The position numbers and the translations under genes were made by a program. DNA of 64,000 bases, taken from positions 99,662-163,661 of the forward strand of contig CAZNGN010000001.1 in assembly GCA_964572865.1 (NCBI GenBank). The letters are read 5' to 3'. The DNA is from an uncultured Bacteriovoracaceae bacterium. Lineage in GTDB: Bacteria > Bdellovibrionota > UBA1018 > UBA923. Positions 8,620-19,381 of the stretch are shown here, piece after piece. A model generated the notes under the pieces. That model saw only the letters and a program-made list of their open reading frames with translations, was not told the origin of the DNA and did not search any database. Each line of letters opens with the position of its first letter. Position 1 is the stretch's first letter.

Positions 8620-10572
8620 ATGGGTAAAGTAATCGGAATCGACTTAGGAACAACGAACTCTTGTGTATCTGTTGTTGAAGGTGGAGAACCAAAAGTAATT
8701 CAAAACTCTGAAGGTGTGAACACAACTCCTTCAATCGTTGCATTCATGGATAACGGCGAAAAATTAGTAGGACAATCTGCTAAACGCCAAGCGATCACAA
8801 ATCCTGAAAAAACAATTTTTGAAGCAAAACGTTTAATTGGTCGCAAAAACTCTTCAAAAGAAATCGCTGAGTTTTTAAAAGTAGCTCCATTCAAAGTAGT
8901 AGAAGCAAAAAATGGCGATGCATGGATTAAAGTAGGCGATCGTGAATATGCTCCTCAAGAAATTTCAGCTCTTGTTTTACAAAAAATGAAAAAGACCGCT
9001 GAAGATTATTTGGGTGAAGAAGTAACTGAGGCTGTAATCACAGTTCCAGCTTATTTCAACGATGCTCAAAGACAAGCTACAAAAGACGCTGGTAAAATCG
9101 CAGGTCTTGAAGTGAAACGTATCATCAACGAGCCAACTGCTGCTGCATTGGCATACGGTCTCGACAAGAAAAAAGACGAGACAGTTGCCGTGTTCGACTT
9201 AGGGGGCGGTACTTTCGATATTTCTGTTCTTGAAATCGGCGATGGCGTGTTTGAAGTGAAAGCTACAAACGGAGATACATTCTTAGGCGGAGCAAACTTT
9301 GACCAAAGAATCATCGACTGGTTAGCTGATGAATTCAAAAAAGAAAACGGAATCGATCTTCGTAAAGACAAGATGGCATTACAACGTTTGAAAGAAGCTG
9401 CTGAAAAAGCAAAACACGAACTTTCAAATTCAATGGAAACAGACATCAATCTTCCATTCGTAACGGCAGATGCATCTGGTCCTAAACATTTAAACATGAA
9501 ACTTTCTCGCGCTAAGTTTGAAGCGTTGGTTGCAGACCTAATCGAAAAATTAGTAGCACCATGTGAAACTGTATTAAAAGATGCAGGTGTGAGCAAAGCA
9601 GACATCGACGAAGTAATCTTGGTTGGTGGTATGACTCGTATGCCGAAAGTACAAGAAAAAGTGAAACAAATTTTCGGCAAAGAACCACACAAAGGTGTAA
9701 ACCCTGATGAAGTGGTTGCTGTGGGAGCTGCGGTTCAAGGTGCAGTGTTAAAAGGCGAAGTGAAAGATGTGTTGTTATTAGACGTAACTCCACTTTCATT
9801 GGGTCTTGAAACATTGGGTGGCGTTTTCACAAAATTAATTGAGAAAAACACAACCATTCCATGTAAGAAGTCACAAGTATTCTCAACGGCTGCTGATAAC
9901 CAAACAGCAGTAACCATTCACGTATTACAAGGTGAGCGTGAGTTTGCTGAACACAATAAGAGCTTAGGACGTTTCGACTTAGTGGGAATTCCAGCAGCTC
10001 CTCGTGGTGTTCCTCAAGTAGAAGTGACATTTGATATCGACGCAAACGGTATTGTGAATGTTTCTGCTAAAGATATGGGAACAGGCAAACAACAAACCAT
10101 TAAAATTACAGCAGGTTCAGGATTATCTGAAGCTGAAATTCAAAAAATGGTTAAAGAAGCTGAAGCTAACAAAGCAGAAGACGATAAACGTAAACGCACA
10201 GTGAATGCTCGTAACCAATTAGATGGTTTGATCTACTCATTAGAAAAAACAATGAAAGACAGTGGAGACAAAATCGCAGCTGAAACTAAAACTGCATTAA
10301 CAGCAGCAATTGATGAAGCGAAAAAAGCACTTGAATCAAATGATGCTGAAGTTTTAGAAAAAGCTACTGAGAAGTTAACAGCTGAATCAAACAAAATGGC
10401 TGAAGAACTTTACAAAACTGCGCAAGCTACAGGCGGTGCTGCAGGAGCTGGTCCAGACATGGGCGCTGGAATGGGCGGAGCAGGTGCAGGTCCATCACAA
10501 GGTGATGCAGCAGGCACACAAGCTAAAAAAGGCGGCGATGATGTGATCGACGCTGATTACAAAGAAGTATAA
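8620..10572 (+). CDS. dnaK: Molecular chaperone DnaK (Hsp70)
   Basis: [28 protein letters not shown] and the complete Hsp70 architecture. The ATG at 8620 is preceded by GGAGGA; the ORF-track start at 8608 is a TTG inside the RBS. Confidence 0.95.
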   Translation: MGKVIGIDLGTTNSCVSVVEGGEPKVIQNSEGVNTTPSIVAFMDNGEKLVGQSAKRQAITNPEKTIFEAKRLIGRKNSSKEIAEFLKVAPFKVVEAKNGDAWIKVGDREYAPQEISALVLQKMKKTAEDYLGEEVTEAVITVPAYFNDAQRQATKDAGKIAGLEVKRIINEPTAAALAYGLDKKKDETVAVFDLGGGTFDISVLEIGDGVFEVKATNGDTFLGGANFDQRIIDWLADEFKKENGIDLRKDKMALQRLKEAAEKAKHELSNSMETDINLPFVTADASGPKHLNMKLSRAKFEALVADLIEKLVAPCETVLKDAGVSKADIDEVILVGGMTRMPKVQEKVKQIFGKEPHKGVNPDEVVAVGAAVQGAVLKGEVKDVLLLDVTPLSLGLETLGGVFTKLIEKNTTIPCKKSQVFSTAADNQTAVTIHVLQGEREFAEHNKSLGRFDLVGIPAAPRGVPQVEVTFDIDANGIVNVSAKDMGTGKQQTIKITAGSGLSEAEIQKMVKEAEANKAEDDKRKRTVNARNQLDGLIYSLEKTMKDSGDKIAAETKTALTAAIDEAKKALESNDAEVLEKATEKLTAESNKMAEELYKTAQATGGAAGAGPDMGAGMGGAGAGPSQGDAAGTQAKKGGDDVIDADYKEV

Positions 10573-10578
10573 AACTAA

Positions 10579-11718
10579 ATGAGCAAACGAGACTATTATG
10601 AGGTTCTTGGGGTCAGCAAAAGTGTTGGCCCTGAGGAGCTCAAAAAAGCATATCGAAAACTTGCCATTCAATTTCACCCCGATAAAAATCCGGGTGATAA
10701 AGCGGCAGAAGAAAAGTTCAAAGAACTTTCTGAAGCCTATGATGTTTTAAGCAATCCAGAAAAAAGACAAGCCTACGATCGATTCGGTCACCAAGCCGCA
10801 AACATGGGCGGTGGCCCATTCGGTGGTGGTGCTGGCGGATTTGATTTTGGTGGAAATTTTAATGATATCTTTGGCGATATTTTTGGCGACATTTTTGGTG
10901 GTGGTGGCGGCCGACGTGGCGGTGGCCGCGGACGATCTCGTGCTCAACCCGGCAACGATTTACAATATGATTTAGAAGTAACATTTGAAGAAGCAGCATT
11001 TGGCGCAGAAAAAGTAATTACAGTTCCAAAAACGGCTGCCTGTGGAACTTGTAAAGGTTCTGGCGGAAAAGCAGGAGCAACTCCACAAACATGTACTCAA
11101 TGTGCAGGTCACGGTGAAGTACGTTTTCAACAAGGTTTTTTCACTGTCGCAAAAACTTGTCCACGCTGTCACGGCGAAGGCCAAGTGATTTCAGATCCAT
11201 GTTCTGATTGCGCAGGTTCTGGAAAAGTTCGTAAAAAAGCAGAGCTTTCAGTAAAAATTCCTGCAGGAATTAATGACGGACAAAGATTAAAACTTTCTGG
11301 TGAAGGTGATACCGGAATGCGTGGAGGCCCAAACGGAGATCTCTATGTTCAAATTCATGTGAAAGCTCATGACTTTTTTGAACGCGATGAATTCGATGTA
11401 ATTTGTGAAGTTCCTATTAGTTTTACACAAGCAGCGTTGGGAGATGAAATTGAAGTTCCTACGCTTGAAGGAAAAGCTAAGTTAAAAATCAATGCGGGTA
11501 TTCAATCGCAACAAATCTTAAGAATGAAAAATAAAGGAATTGCACGTTTGGGGGGCTATGGTCGCGGTGATCAATTGGTTCGCATCATTATTGAAACCCC
11601 AACTAAAATGACGAATGAACAAAAAGAGCTACTCAAACGTTTTCATGAAATCTCAGATGAAAAATGCCAACCAATGGCAAAAGGTTTTATCGAAAAAATG
11701 CGCGGTCTTTTTGGATAA
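10579..11718 (+). CDS. dnaJ: Chaperone DnaJ (Hsp40)
   Basis: J-domain with HPDKN, a G/F-rich linker, and four CxxCxGxG zinc-finger repeats ([32 protein letters not shown]). Confidence 0.95.
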   Translation: MSKRDYYEVLGVSKSVGPEELKKAYRKLAIQFHPDKNPGDKAAEEKFKELSEAYDVLSNPEKRQAYDRFGHQAANMGGGPFGGGAGGFDFGGNFNDIFGDIFGDIFGGGGGRRGGGRGRSRAQPGNDLQYDLEVTFEEAAFGAEKVITVPKTAACGTCKGSGGKAGATPQTCTQCAGHGEVRFQQGFFTVAKTCPRCHGEGQVISDPCSDCAGSGKVRKKAELSVKIPAGINDGQRLKLSGEGDTGMRGGPNGDLYVQIHVKAHDFFERDEFDVICEVPISFTQAALGDEIEVPTLEGKAKLKINAGIQSQQILRMKNKGIARLGGYGRGDQLVRIIIETPTKMTNEQKELLKRFHEISDEKCQPMAKGFIEKMRGLFG

Positions 11719-11777
11719 TCAGCGGTAAAAAAATTCCACCTGAATTAATTAAAAAATAAGTGTAATCTTAAAAGTAC

Positions 11778-13802
11778 ATGTTTCTAAAATCATTTCGTAT
11801 TTTATCGCTATTTATTTTATGTACGATCTTATCATGTTCTACGGGTCCTAAACGTGCAACAAAAGATGAAGGGCCTAAGTTTGAAGATCAAGCATTGGAA
11901 TTTGCAAAAACTAAAAAAGGTCCAGACTCAAAAGCATATCAGAAAATGGATTCTGACTATCGAAACAAACAATTTAAAACAGTTTTAGATGAATCGAAAA
12001 AATTTATAAAGACATATCCGCAAAGTACTTTGCTTGAATATGTTTATCATTTGCGTGCACTTTCAAGCATTTCATTAAAAGAATATAAAAATGCTCTTCC
12101 CCAATTAAAACGTACTTTAGAAATCGCGCGTTCTAGAAGTTCTGTGAATGATAATTTAATCACGGTCATAACCTATAATATGGCATTTGTTCATTTTGAA
12201 TTGGGCCAAACCGAACAAGCGATGCAATCTTTACAAGAAGTAAATCCATCTTCGTTAGACTCAAATAATCGAGCACGATATTTTATGTTGAAAGCAAAAA
12301 TAGCTCGCATGAGTCAAGATTTTAACCAAAGCGGATACAATATATTGATGGCAATTTCTAATTATTTGCCTGACAAAAAAGCGCAGATGAAACCGCTGTT
12401 TGCTTTTTTAGATGAAGTCTTAGAACACATAGATAATCCTGTAACGATAGAAAAGTGGCTTTCTGATTTTTCAGAAACGGCAGCGGGAGATCGATTATAT
12501 TATAAATCGGCTCTTATGTATCAAAAGCAAGGTGATCGAGCACACGCAAATTCAGATTTTGAAAAAATTGTGAATTTATTTCCGCAAAGTCAGTACGCTT
12601 CAATCGCACAAGAAAATTTGAAAATGATCGAGCACTCTGCAGCACTAGACTCAGCAAAAATTGGAGTATTGTTAACATTATCGGGAAAATATGCAAAATT
12701 TGGTTACAAAACACTTCAAGGCATTGAGCTTGCGTTTAAAATTTTTAATAATAAAAACAATCCATCAAATACAAGTTTAGTAATTATGGATGATCAAGGG
12801 GAACCTGCGATCGCAGCACAAAAATTAGAAGAATTATACTATAAACACAATGTGGTAGCAGTGATCGGACCTATGAGTTCAAAAGTAGTAGATGCCGCTG
12901 GACAAAAAGCAAACGAATTAGGTTTGCCATTAGTAACATTAAGTCAAAAAGAATATCAAAGTCCGAATGGTAGTAATTATGTTGTCAACGCAGGACTAAC
13001 GGCATCAATGCAAGTGCAATCACTCATAAAGTACGCGACAGAAAAATTAAATATTAAACGATTTGGAATGCTAGCGCCGGCTACGAAATTTGGAGACGAA
13101 TATACAAAATTGTTTTGGGATGAACTCGATAAACGAGGGGCTCAGGTTCGTGGATTTGAAACGTATCCCAATGAAGAAACTGATTTTAGAATTTATATAG
13201 ATAAAATGGTTGGTCTGTCTGCTCAAGATGCGCGCTCAAAAGAAGTAGAAGAAATGAAAGCGTTGAAAGCTGCGATTCCCATTAAACGTAAATCTAAAAA
13301 GTTTGATCGAATGTTTGATTTGAAACCAATCATTGATTTTGAAGCTGTTTTTGTGCCAGATGATCCAAAAGTTTTGGGTCAGTTAATTCCAACTTTTGCA
13401 TATCGTGATGTAGATCATATGTTGTTTTTGGGAACCAACACTTGGAATAGTACAGAGCTCATTTCTCGCGCAGGTCGTTTTGCAGATGGTTCGGTTTTTG
13501 TAGATGGATTTTTTATGAATTCAAAAAATCCTAAAATTCAGAAGTTCATTCAAGATTACCAGGCAGTTTTTTCCGCAGACCCAAGTGTAATGGAAGCTGT
13601 TTCTTATGATGCCGCTCGAATCGTTCAAACCATAATTGCTACGAATTCAATTAGTAGTCGCAATGATTTTAAAGATCAGATTCAAAAACTGAAAGATTTT
13701 GCCGGCCTCTCTGGCCCAATACAAGTGCAGAATGGTAGCTTACTAAAGACCCTGCATTTATTGACCCTCAAAAGCGGCAAAATTGAAGAGATTGTGTTTT
13801 AA
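11778..13802 (+). CDS. LppC/LpoA-family lipoprotein (N-terminal TPR-like region plus C-terminal periplasmic-binding-protein-like domain)
   Basis: Lipoprotein signal MFLKSFRILSLFILCTILSCS. Central/C-terminal region IGVLLTLSGKYAKFGYKTLQGIELAF...VAVIGPMSSKVVDAAGQKANELGLPLVTLS resembles type-I periplasmic binding fold as in LpoA/LppC. Confidence 0.5.
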   Translation: MFLKSFRILSLFILCTILSCSTGPKRATKDEGPKFEDQALEFAKTKKGPDSKAYQKMDSDYRNKQFKTVLDESKKFIKTYPQSTLLEYVYHLRALSSISLKEYKNALPQLKRTLEIARSRSSVNDNLITVITYNMAFVHFELGQTEQAMQSLQEVNPSSLDSNNRARYFMLKAKIARMSQDFNQSGYNILMAISNYLPDKKAQMKPLFAFLDEVLEHIDNPVTIEKWLSDFSETAAGDRLYYKSALMYQKQGDRAHANSDFEKIVNLFPQSQYASIAQENLKMIEHSAALDSAKIGVLLTLSGKYAKFGYKTLQGIELAFKIFNNKNNPSNTSLVIMDDQGEPAIAAQKLEELYYKHNVVAVIGPMSSKVVDAAGQKANELGLPLVTLSQKEYQSPNGSNYVVNAGLTASMQVQSLIKYATEKLNIKRFGMLAPATKFGDEYTKLFWDELDKRGAQVRGFETYPNEETDFRIYIDKMVGLSAQDARSKEVEEMKALKAAIPIKRKSKKFDRMFDLKPIIDFEAVFVPDDPKVLGQLIPTFAYRDVDHMLFLGTNTWNSTELISRAGRFADGSVFVDGFFMNSKNPKIQKFIQDYQAVFSADPSVMEAVSYDAARIVQTIIATNSISSRNDFKDQIQKLKDFAGLSGPIQVQNGSLLKTLHLLTLKSGKIEEIVF

Positions 13803-13834
13803 TTCAAAAATCATCTATAATTGAATATGGAACT

Positions 13835-13853
13835 CTACCTAAAATGTAGGTAG
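13835..13853 (+). terminator. Possible weak terminator hairpin after the LppC-like gene
   Basis: CTACCT-aaaatgt-AGGTAG 6-bp stem followed by a T-rich tract (ttaattattattttttt). It overlaps the annotated GTG start of fliD. Confidence 0.3.
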
Positions 13854-15262
13854 TGTTAATTATTATTTTTTTCCGTCATGGAGGATGGAAATTGGTCGAT
13901 GCACCTAATGGTCTCGGCGGCGGACGATTTAAGCAGTATGTAAAAGATATTATCAACGCTGAACGAGAACCGATTCGACAAATTGAAAACAGAAAAGCTA
14001 AAGAGCAAGAAAAGCTCAAGCTTGTGCAAGAGTTTACGCAAAGAGTTCGTAAACTTCCTGAAATTTATCGTGAATTAGATTCGATGAAAAAGTTTCGAGA
14101 ATTAAAAGCAGATTATCCCGCAAAAGATTTATTAGATGTGACGGTCGATAAAGATTTCGCTCAGCCTGGAGAGTATCAGTTAGAAGTCACACAACTTGCT
14201 GGACGGCACTCAATGATTTCAGATGGTTTTGAAAATAAGGATGATGAAGTAGGTGTCGGATATTTTTCATACACATTACCAAGTGGTGATTCTAAAAGTG
14301 TATATATTGGCCCAGGAAGCAATACTCTTGAAGGTATTGTAAATACTATCAATGCTCAAAAAGGTTTAGGTGTTACTGCATCGTTAGTAAATGATGGTTC
14401 AGGATCAGATCGACCTTGGAGAGTGGTCGTTGCTGCTAAAAAATCTGGGATGGAAAATGATATTGAGTTTCCTGATTTTTATTTTTTAGATGGTGATTTT
14501 AGATTTTATGTTGATGATGAAAGATCTGCACAAAATGCAATTATCAAATTCAATGGATTTGAAATTATGAGCCAAGCAAATCGATTCGAATTATTACCTG
14601 GTGTGACTGTTGATTTAAAACAAGCAAAAGAAGATTTCGAATTTACATTACAAATTTCAGAAGATATTCCAAAAATTGCAGCAAAGGTAAAGGCATTGGT
14701 TGATGCAATTAACAATGTTTTAGATTTTATCAATAAACAAAACCAAGTGGATGATAAAACAGATACTTCGAAAACATTAGCCGGTGATTCTACTTTATTC
14801 GGAATTGAATCGAGAGTGCGAAGCTGGGTGTTTGAATCGTTCAACGTTAACGATCCAGAAGTTGATGAAGAAGAATTTTACATGCGTCTATCTGATGTGG
14901 GTATTCAATTTGAAAAAACAGGTATGCTTTCCTTTAAAGAAGACAAATTTAAGAAATCGATGGAAAAAGATTATCAAAGTGTGGCTATGTTATTCGCTGG
15001 AGAAGGAAATTTTATTTCCAATTTAAAGGTACTAACTGAAAGTGTGGTTACTCAAAGAGGCGGAATTATCACGTCGCGTGAAAATGGAATTCGCGAGAGA
15101 ATGAAGCGTATGGATGGCGATATCGCAAATAAAGAGGCAAATCTTGCCCGACGTGAAGTTGCATTAAAGCGTCAATTCTCAAATTTAGAGTCTTTAATGA
15201 GTAATATGCAAGGCCAGCAACAATATCTGGCTCAGGCATTGGGTTCACCAAGCTTGATTTAA
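13853..15262 (+). CDS. fliD: Flagellar filament capping protein FliD (hook-associated protein 2)
   Basis: N-terminal GGGRFKQYVKDIINAEREPIRQIENRK matches the FliD N-terminal helix. C-terminal RMKRMDGDIANKEANLARREVALKRQFSNLESLMSNMQGQQQYLAQALG is the FliD C-terminal coiled coil. Start uncertain: the GTG at 13853 lies inside a hairpin, and the in-frame TTG at 13892 preceded by GGAGGA is more plausible. Confidence 0.8.
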   Translation: MLIIIFFRHGGWKLVDAPNGLGGGRFKQYVKDIINAEREPIRQIENRKAKEQEKLKLVQEFTQRVRKLPEIYRELDSMKKFRELKADYPAKDLLDVTVDKDFAQPGEYQLEVTQLAGRHSMISDGFENKDDEVGVGYFSYTLPSGDSKSVYIGPGSNTLEGIVNTINAQKGLGVTASLVNDGSGSDRPWRVVVAAKKSGMENDIEFPDFYFLDGDFRFYVDDERSAQNAIIKFNGFEIMSQANRFELLPGVTVDLKQAKEDFEFTLQISEDIPKIAAKVKALVDAINNVLDFINKQNQVDDKTDTSKTLAGDSTLFGIESRVRSWVFESFNVNDPEVDEEEFYMRLSDVGIQFEKTGMLSFKEDKFKKSMEKDYQSVAMLFAGEGNFISNLKVLTESVVTQRGGIITSRENGIRERMKRMDGDIANKEANLARREVALKRQFSNLESLMSNMQGQQQYLAQALGSPSLI

Positions 15263-15336
15263 TTTAATCTTTAAGTGAAAATATTAACATACACACGATA
15301 GGAACGTCGTGTGATTAATGAGCGAAAGGATTCGCA

Positions 15337-15786
15337 ATGAATAATTATGGTTTGAATAAGTACAAACAAACTTCGGTTACAACTGCAAGTCGTGGCCAAG
15401 TTCTTCTGATGTTGTACGAAGGCGCAATAAAACATACCAAACGCGCAATCGAAGGTTTAAACGAAAAAAATCTATCAAAAAAAGGTGAAGCAATTCTTAA
15501 AGTTCAAGATATTGTGAATGAACTTTCGCTTTCTTTGAATCACGATGTAGGTGGAAATATAAGTCAAGATCTTGAGCGACTTTATAATTTCATCATCGAT
15601 CAAATTACAACTGCCAATATGAAGAATGAGTTAAAGCCACTTCAAGATGCTTTGAAAATTTTAGAAACTTTATATGAAGGTTGGGTGGGAGCTCTTCAGC
15701 AAATTGCTAAGCAGGGCGGAGATCCAGCAACAGTAGCTGCAAACGAAATGAATAATAATGTAACTAAAATTGGAGAAAATAAATAA
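15337..15786 (+). CDS. fliS: Flagellar export chaperone FliS
   Basis: 149 aa. MNNYGLNKYKQTSVTTASRGQVLLMLYEGAIKHTKRAIEGL matches the FliS four-helix-bundle N-terminus; located immediately after fliD. Confidence 0.85.
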   Translation: MNNYGLNKYKQTSVTTASRGQVLLMLYEGAIKHTKRAIEGLNEKNLSKKGEAILKVQDIVNELSLSLNHDVGGNISQDLERLYNFIIDQITTANMKNELKPLQDALKILETLYEGWVGALQQIAKQGGDPATVAANEMNNNVTKIGENK

Positions 15787-16247
15787 TGCAAGAATTAGTC
15801 GCATTATTATCTAGAAAATGCCAATGCTATAAAAGTTTTTATAGAATATGTAATGATTTTTTAGATGAAGTATCTCGTGGAGACATTAACAATTTAAATC
15901 GATTTCAAAATCAAAGAACCGGATTGCTAACAGTATTAGAAAATATTGAAGAAGAAATTCAAACTTTTTTAAAACAGTTTGATGATTCACCAGGATCATT
16001 TGATTTATTAATGACCAGTGAAATTAAAACGCAAATACAGTATTTAACGCGAGAAAAAGATTCATTAATTCAGGCGATTCTTGAATTGGATAAGCAAATT
16101 TTAAAACACATAGACCGTTTGAAGTCAGATACAATTCAAAAACTTCAATCTGTTCAAAGTGGTAAAAAAACAATTGGTGCCTACCGTTCTCCCGTTGAAA
16201 GTGTTGAACGTGCAGAAGGTAAAAGTTTGGTAGATAAAGAGGTATAA
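15786..16247 (+). CDS. Hypothetical alpha-helical protein, possibly a FliT-like flagellar chaperone
   Basis: Start overlaps the fliS stop (TAATG). 153 aa, predicted all-helical. Position after fliS is where fliT usually sits, but there is no diagnostic motif. Confidence 0.35.
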   Translation: MQELVALLSRKCQCYKSFYRICNDFLDEVSRGDINNLNRFQNQRTGLLTVLENIEEEIQTFLKQFDDSPGSFDLLMTSEIKTQIQYLTREKDSLIQAILELDKQILKHIDRLKSDTIQKLQSVQSGKKTIGAYRSPVESVERAEGKSLVDKEV

Positions 16248-16354
16248 AGTAGTAACGTTGTATTTCATTTCAGTTCTCAGCAGTTCACCGTTCATCCTCA
16301 GTTCTATTGACCAATATGAATAACTATAGGATACTTTTTGGGAGGGATATTCAC

Positions 16355-17575
16355 ATGTCAGAAATTAATAGAATTAAACAGCTTATAGAAAAAGATCTGG
16401 TAGTAGATGCTGTTGAATTGCCTTCCAATCATCGCAAAAAAAGTGAACTTCTCAATGAATTAGAAGATACACTTTCACATTATGACGATGATTTAAATTA
16501 TGCACATTTTGTAGTGAGAGTAAAAAGAACAACTAAGCCATTACATGTATCAAATCAAGATACAGTTACAACTGAACCAAAATTAGAAAATTTAAACACA
16601 GATCATTTTTCAATTGATCAACTTGTAAATGAAACGCTTGAGGCTAGTTCAGAGATTACTAGAAAAAGATCTGAAATTGAAGCTGAAGAAGAATACGATG
16701 CGTCTTATCTTTTAGAAAATGCTAATATTTTAGCTGAAAATAAAGAGTTTTCATTAGCTAGAAATATTTTTAAATCTTTAATTCGCAAAGGCCAATTTGT
16801 TTCTGAATCTTTAAGTGGAATTGCAAACTGTTATGAGCAAGAAGGCGCTTTTAGTGAAGCTGCAAAATATTATGAAGAAGCAATCGCGTATAATCCTGAA
16901 GTTCAGTATTATGAAAAATTAGCAAATTTATTGGTTCGCATTTCAAAAGACGAAGAAGCCATTGAAGTGATTGAACGTGCATTAGGAATTCCAGGCCTAA
17001 CAGACCAGCAAAAGTTTGAATTTTATAAATCACTTGGTAATTGTTATTCACGCCTTGATAAGCATGATAAAGCTGAACAGAATTATTTGTCCGCTTTTGA
17101 ATTAAATGAAGATTCAGACGCTTTACAAGTAAATGTAGGTAGTCTTGCGTTACATAAAGGTGATCAAGCCACTGCTAAAAAACATTTTGAGCGCGCATTA
17201 GAATTAAATAATAAAAACGACAAAGCACTTTGTGGTTTGGGAATGATCGACATGTTGAATAACCAACTTGAAGATGCGCAAAACTACTTTGTAAACTCTC
17301 TTAAGCAAAATCCAGACAATTTAACTGCGATTTTTAACTTGGTAAAATGTGCCTATCAATCTAAAAAATTCAGGGACGCGGCATTTTATCTTCAGAACTA
17401 CATTTCGAATAACATTGTAAATGTAAATATTCTCTACACCTTTGCGGGAGTATTGTATCATCAAGAAGAGTATGAAAAAGCTTCTGTAGAAGTGAACAAA
17501 GTACTTGAAATTAATCCAAATCATACAGGAGCAATAGAATTATCGGAGTTAATTAAAAAGAAACTTTCTAACTGA
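16355..17575 (+). CDS. TPR-repeat protein (flagellar-locus associated)
   Basis: ATG at 16355 preceded by GGGAGGG. The C-terminal ~270 aa consist of TPR-like repeats (e.g. AKYYEEAIAYNPEVQYYEKLANLL, AEQNYLSAFELNEDSDALQVNVGSLALHKGDQATAKKHFERALELNNKNDKALCGLG, AQNYFVNSLKQNPDNLTA). Confidence 0.7.
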   Translation: MSEINRIKQLIEKDLVVDAVELPSNHRKKSELLNELEDTLSHYDDDLNYAHFVVRVKRTTKPLHVSNQDTVTTEPKLENLNTDHFSIDQLVNETLEASSEITRKRSEIEAEEEYDASYLLENANILAENKEFSLARNIFKSLIRKGQFVSESLSGIANCYEQEGAFSEAAKYYEEAIAYNPEVQYYEKLANLLVRISKDEEAIEVIERALGIPGLTDQQKFEFYKSLGNCYSRLDKHDKAEQNYLSAFELNEDSDALQVNVGSLALHKGDQATAKKHFERALELNNKNDKALCGLGMIDMLNNQLEDAQNYFVNSLKQNPDNLTAIFNLVKCAYQSKKFRDAAFYLQNYISNNIVNVNILYTFAGVLYHQEEYEKASVEVNKVLEINPNHTGAIELSELIKKKLSN

Positions 17576-17613
17576 AAGATTCAGATTTTGAATGACCAAG
17601 GAGAGGTCTAATT

Positions 17614-17754
17614 ATGTCGAACGAAGAACAAAATAAAAATACTGTTAATTCAAATCAAACAATTCAAGAAATTTCTGATTTAGATCAGAACTTACTGATT
17701 AAGCTTTTAGATTCACTAATCGAAGAGCAAAACCTCATTCAGGTAAAGGAGTAA
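17614..17754 (+). CDS. Small acidic ORF (46 aa) with strong RBS, hypothetical
   Basis: ATG at 17614 preceded by AAGGAGAGG. Translation MSNEEQNKNTVNSNQTIQEISDLDQNLLIKLLDSLIEEQNLIQVKE; stop TAA at 17752-17754, 4 nt before the next gene. Absent from the ORF track because it is under 60 aa. Confidence 0.35.
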   Translation: MSNEEQNKNTVNSNQTIQEISDLDQNLLIKLLDSLIEEQNLIQVKE

Positions 17755-17758
17755 GAAT

Positions 17759-19381
17759 ATGAAAAATATCATCATTCTACAACTAGCTAGATTGGGTGAC
17801 ATCATTCAAACACTCCCAACAATCCAAGGTTTAAAGAAAAAATATCCAGATTCAAAAATATCATTAGTTGTGCGATCAAAGTTTGCTGAAGCTGCTAAAA
17901 TTTCTCCGTATATTGATGAACTAATTGAGTTGCCAACTAAAGATATTTTATCGAATTATGTAGAAAAACAAACGATAGAAAATAAAACAAAATCATTGAA
18001 TGCATTAACAAATTGGTTTCAAGATCAATTTTCAGGCAAAACCTATGATATATTGATTAACTTAACATTTACTGACGCAAGCTCTTGGTTTTCAACGTTG
18101 ATATCTGCAAAAGAAAAACGAGGCGTTACTCGTGCTAACGATGGTGCAATTTCTATTAAAGATTTATGGAGCCAATATTTTTATTCTCAAGTATTACAAA
18201 AAAATTATAATATATTACATTTAAACGATTTATTTGCACGAATTGCAGGCGTAGATAAAGGAATTTGGCCGTTAGATTTAAATCAAACATTTAAAATTAA
18301 TACCAATTCAGTAATTCCAGTTAAAAATAATCAAAGAAGAATTGGCATACAATTGACAGCAAGCCAAGCAGTTAAATCTCCTTCGATTGCTACTTGGGCA
18401 ATGATTTGTTCAAAAATTAGCAACGATATCGGAGCTGAACTTGTGTTTTTTGGAGCACAAAACGATATTCCAATTATTGATGCAGTTATTCAACAGGCAG
18501 GAATTAGAGAAAATTCAATTGTTTTAGCTGGAACATATCGTTTTGACGAAAACATTCCATGGATAAAATCTTGTGATTGTATCGTTTCGCCAGATACTGC
18601 CATCGTTCACTTGGCATCTATTTGTGGTACACGTGTCGTATGTATTCCAATGGGTGGCGTTCGTTCAGAAGAAACAGGCCCATATGGAATCGGGCACACT
18701 GTATTATATCCAGCAAATGCTACACCTGAAATTTTTTCAAACGAAATCGTACGCGTAATTACAACAGGCAAAGCAAAATCAAACGTTCCACAAGCGGTAA
18801 CTAAGTTCACAATTACTAAAAATGGACAAGTACGCAATGAACTTGTTCCGTTTAACTTTGAACAAGATGAGAATGTAAACTTATTTTCAAATGCGTTTTA
18901 TTTATTGGCTGAATTTAGAAATGAAGGACGCGTTGAAGAAGTTGAAATACCTGCAGTTGGTAAACAAAGTAATGGCTCAAGACTGGATGAGCTCATTCAG
19001 GTGCACGACACATTGTTTTCAATGAGAAAAGCCGCAGATTTCGGATCTCATTACTGCATGATTATGGCAGAAAATATTGATGATACTGTTCAATTAAAAG
19101 AATGTTCTAAAAAACTAATGGAAGTCGATGCATTATTGAATTCATTAGAAAATATTCGTTTTGTAAAACCATTGATTGATTCGTGGAAAGTAACAAAAGC
19201 AAATATTATGAATCCAGATTTAAAAACAATGATATTACAAACAGAAGGTGCATATCGAGAGTTGCAACAAAATATCGATATCGTATTTCAATTATTAGAA
19301 ACAGCCGTAAACGCTGCTCAAGGTAAACAAAAAGATATTAAAACTAGTGAAACAATCAATACGAAGGAGATTAAAATATGA
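17759..19381 (+). CDS. GT9 (heptosyltransferase-like, GT-B fold) glycosyltransferase with ~200-aa C-terminal extension of unknown function
   Basis: N-terminus MKNIIILQLARLGDIIQTLPTIQGLKKKYPDSKISLVVRS matches the canonical GT9 start (MKILVIrlsslGDvi.t.P.l..lk..yP.a.I..lv). The downstream VSPDTAIVHLASICGTRVVCIPMGG matches the GT9 donor-binding motif (DSGpmHLAAAlgtPvValFGpT). Residues ~340-540 have no recognisable domain. Confidence 0.65.
   Translation: MKNIIILQLARLGDIIQTLPTIQGLKKKYPDSKISLVVRSKFAEAAKISPYIDELIELPTKDILSNYVEKQTIENKTKSLNALTNWFQDQFSGKTYDILINLTFTDASSWFSTLISAKEKRGVTRANDGAISIKDLWSQYFYSQVLQKNYNILHLNDLFARIAGVDKGIWPLDLNQTFKINTNSVIPVKNNQRRIGIQLTASQAVKSPSIATWAMICSKISNDIGAELVFFGAQNDIPIIDAVIQQAGIRENSIVLAGTYRFDENIPWIKSCDCIVSPDTAIVHLASICGTRVVCIPMGGVRSEETGPYGIGHTVLYPANATPEIFSNEIVRVITTGKAKSNVPQAVTKFTITKNGQVRNELVPFNFEQDENVNLFSNAFYLLAEFRNEGRVEEVEIPAVGKQSNGSRLDELIQVHDTLFSMRKAADFGSHYCMIMAENIDDTVQLKECSKKLMEVDALLNSLENIRFVKPLIDSWKVTKANIMNPDLKTMILQTEGAYRELQQNIDIVFQLLETAVNAAQGKQKDIKTSETINTKEIKI

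Noticed and set aside
9066-9814. Long antisense ORFs (208 aa and 100 aa) inside dnaK
   Set aside because: Entirely embedded antisense to a highly conserved Hsp70 gene; Ala/Ser/Pro-rich mirror-frame artefacts typical of shadow ORFs.
14506-14844. Antisense ORFs within fliD (14506..14844), rarA (20191..20496), recN (23414..23770), M16 (3248..3568), gatA (61365..61721) and SDR (54446..54736)
   Set aside because: All are embedded shadow ORFs opposite well-supported genes, without RBS or coherent motifs.
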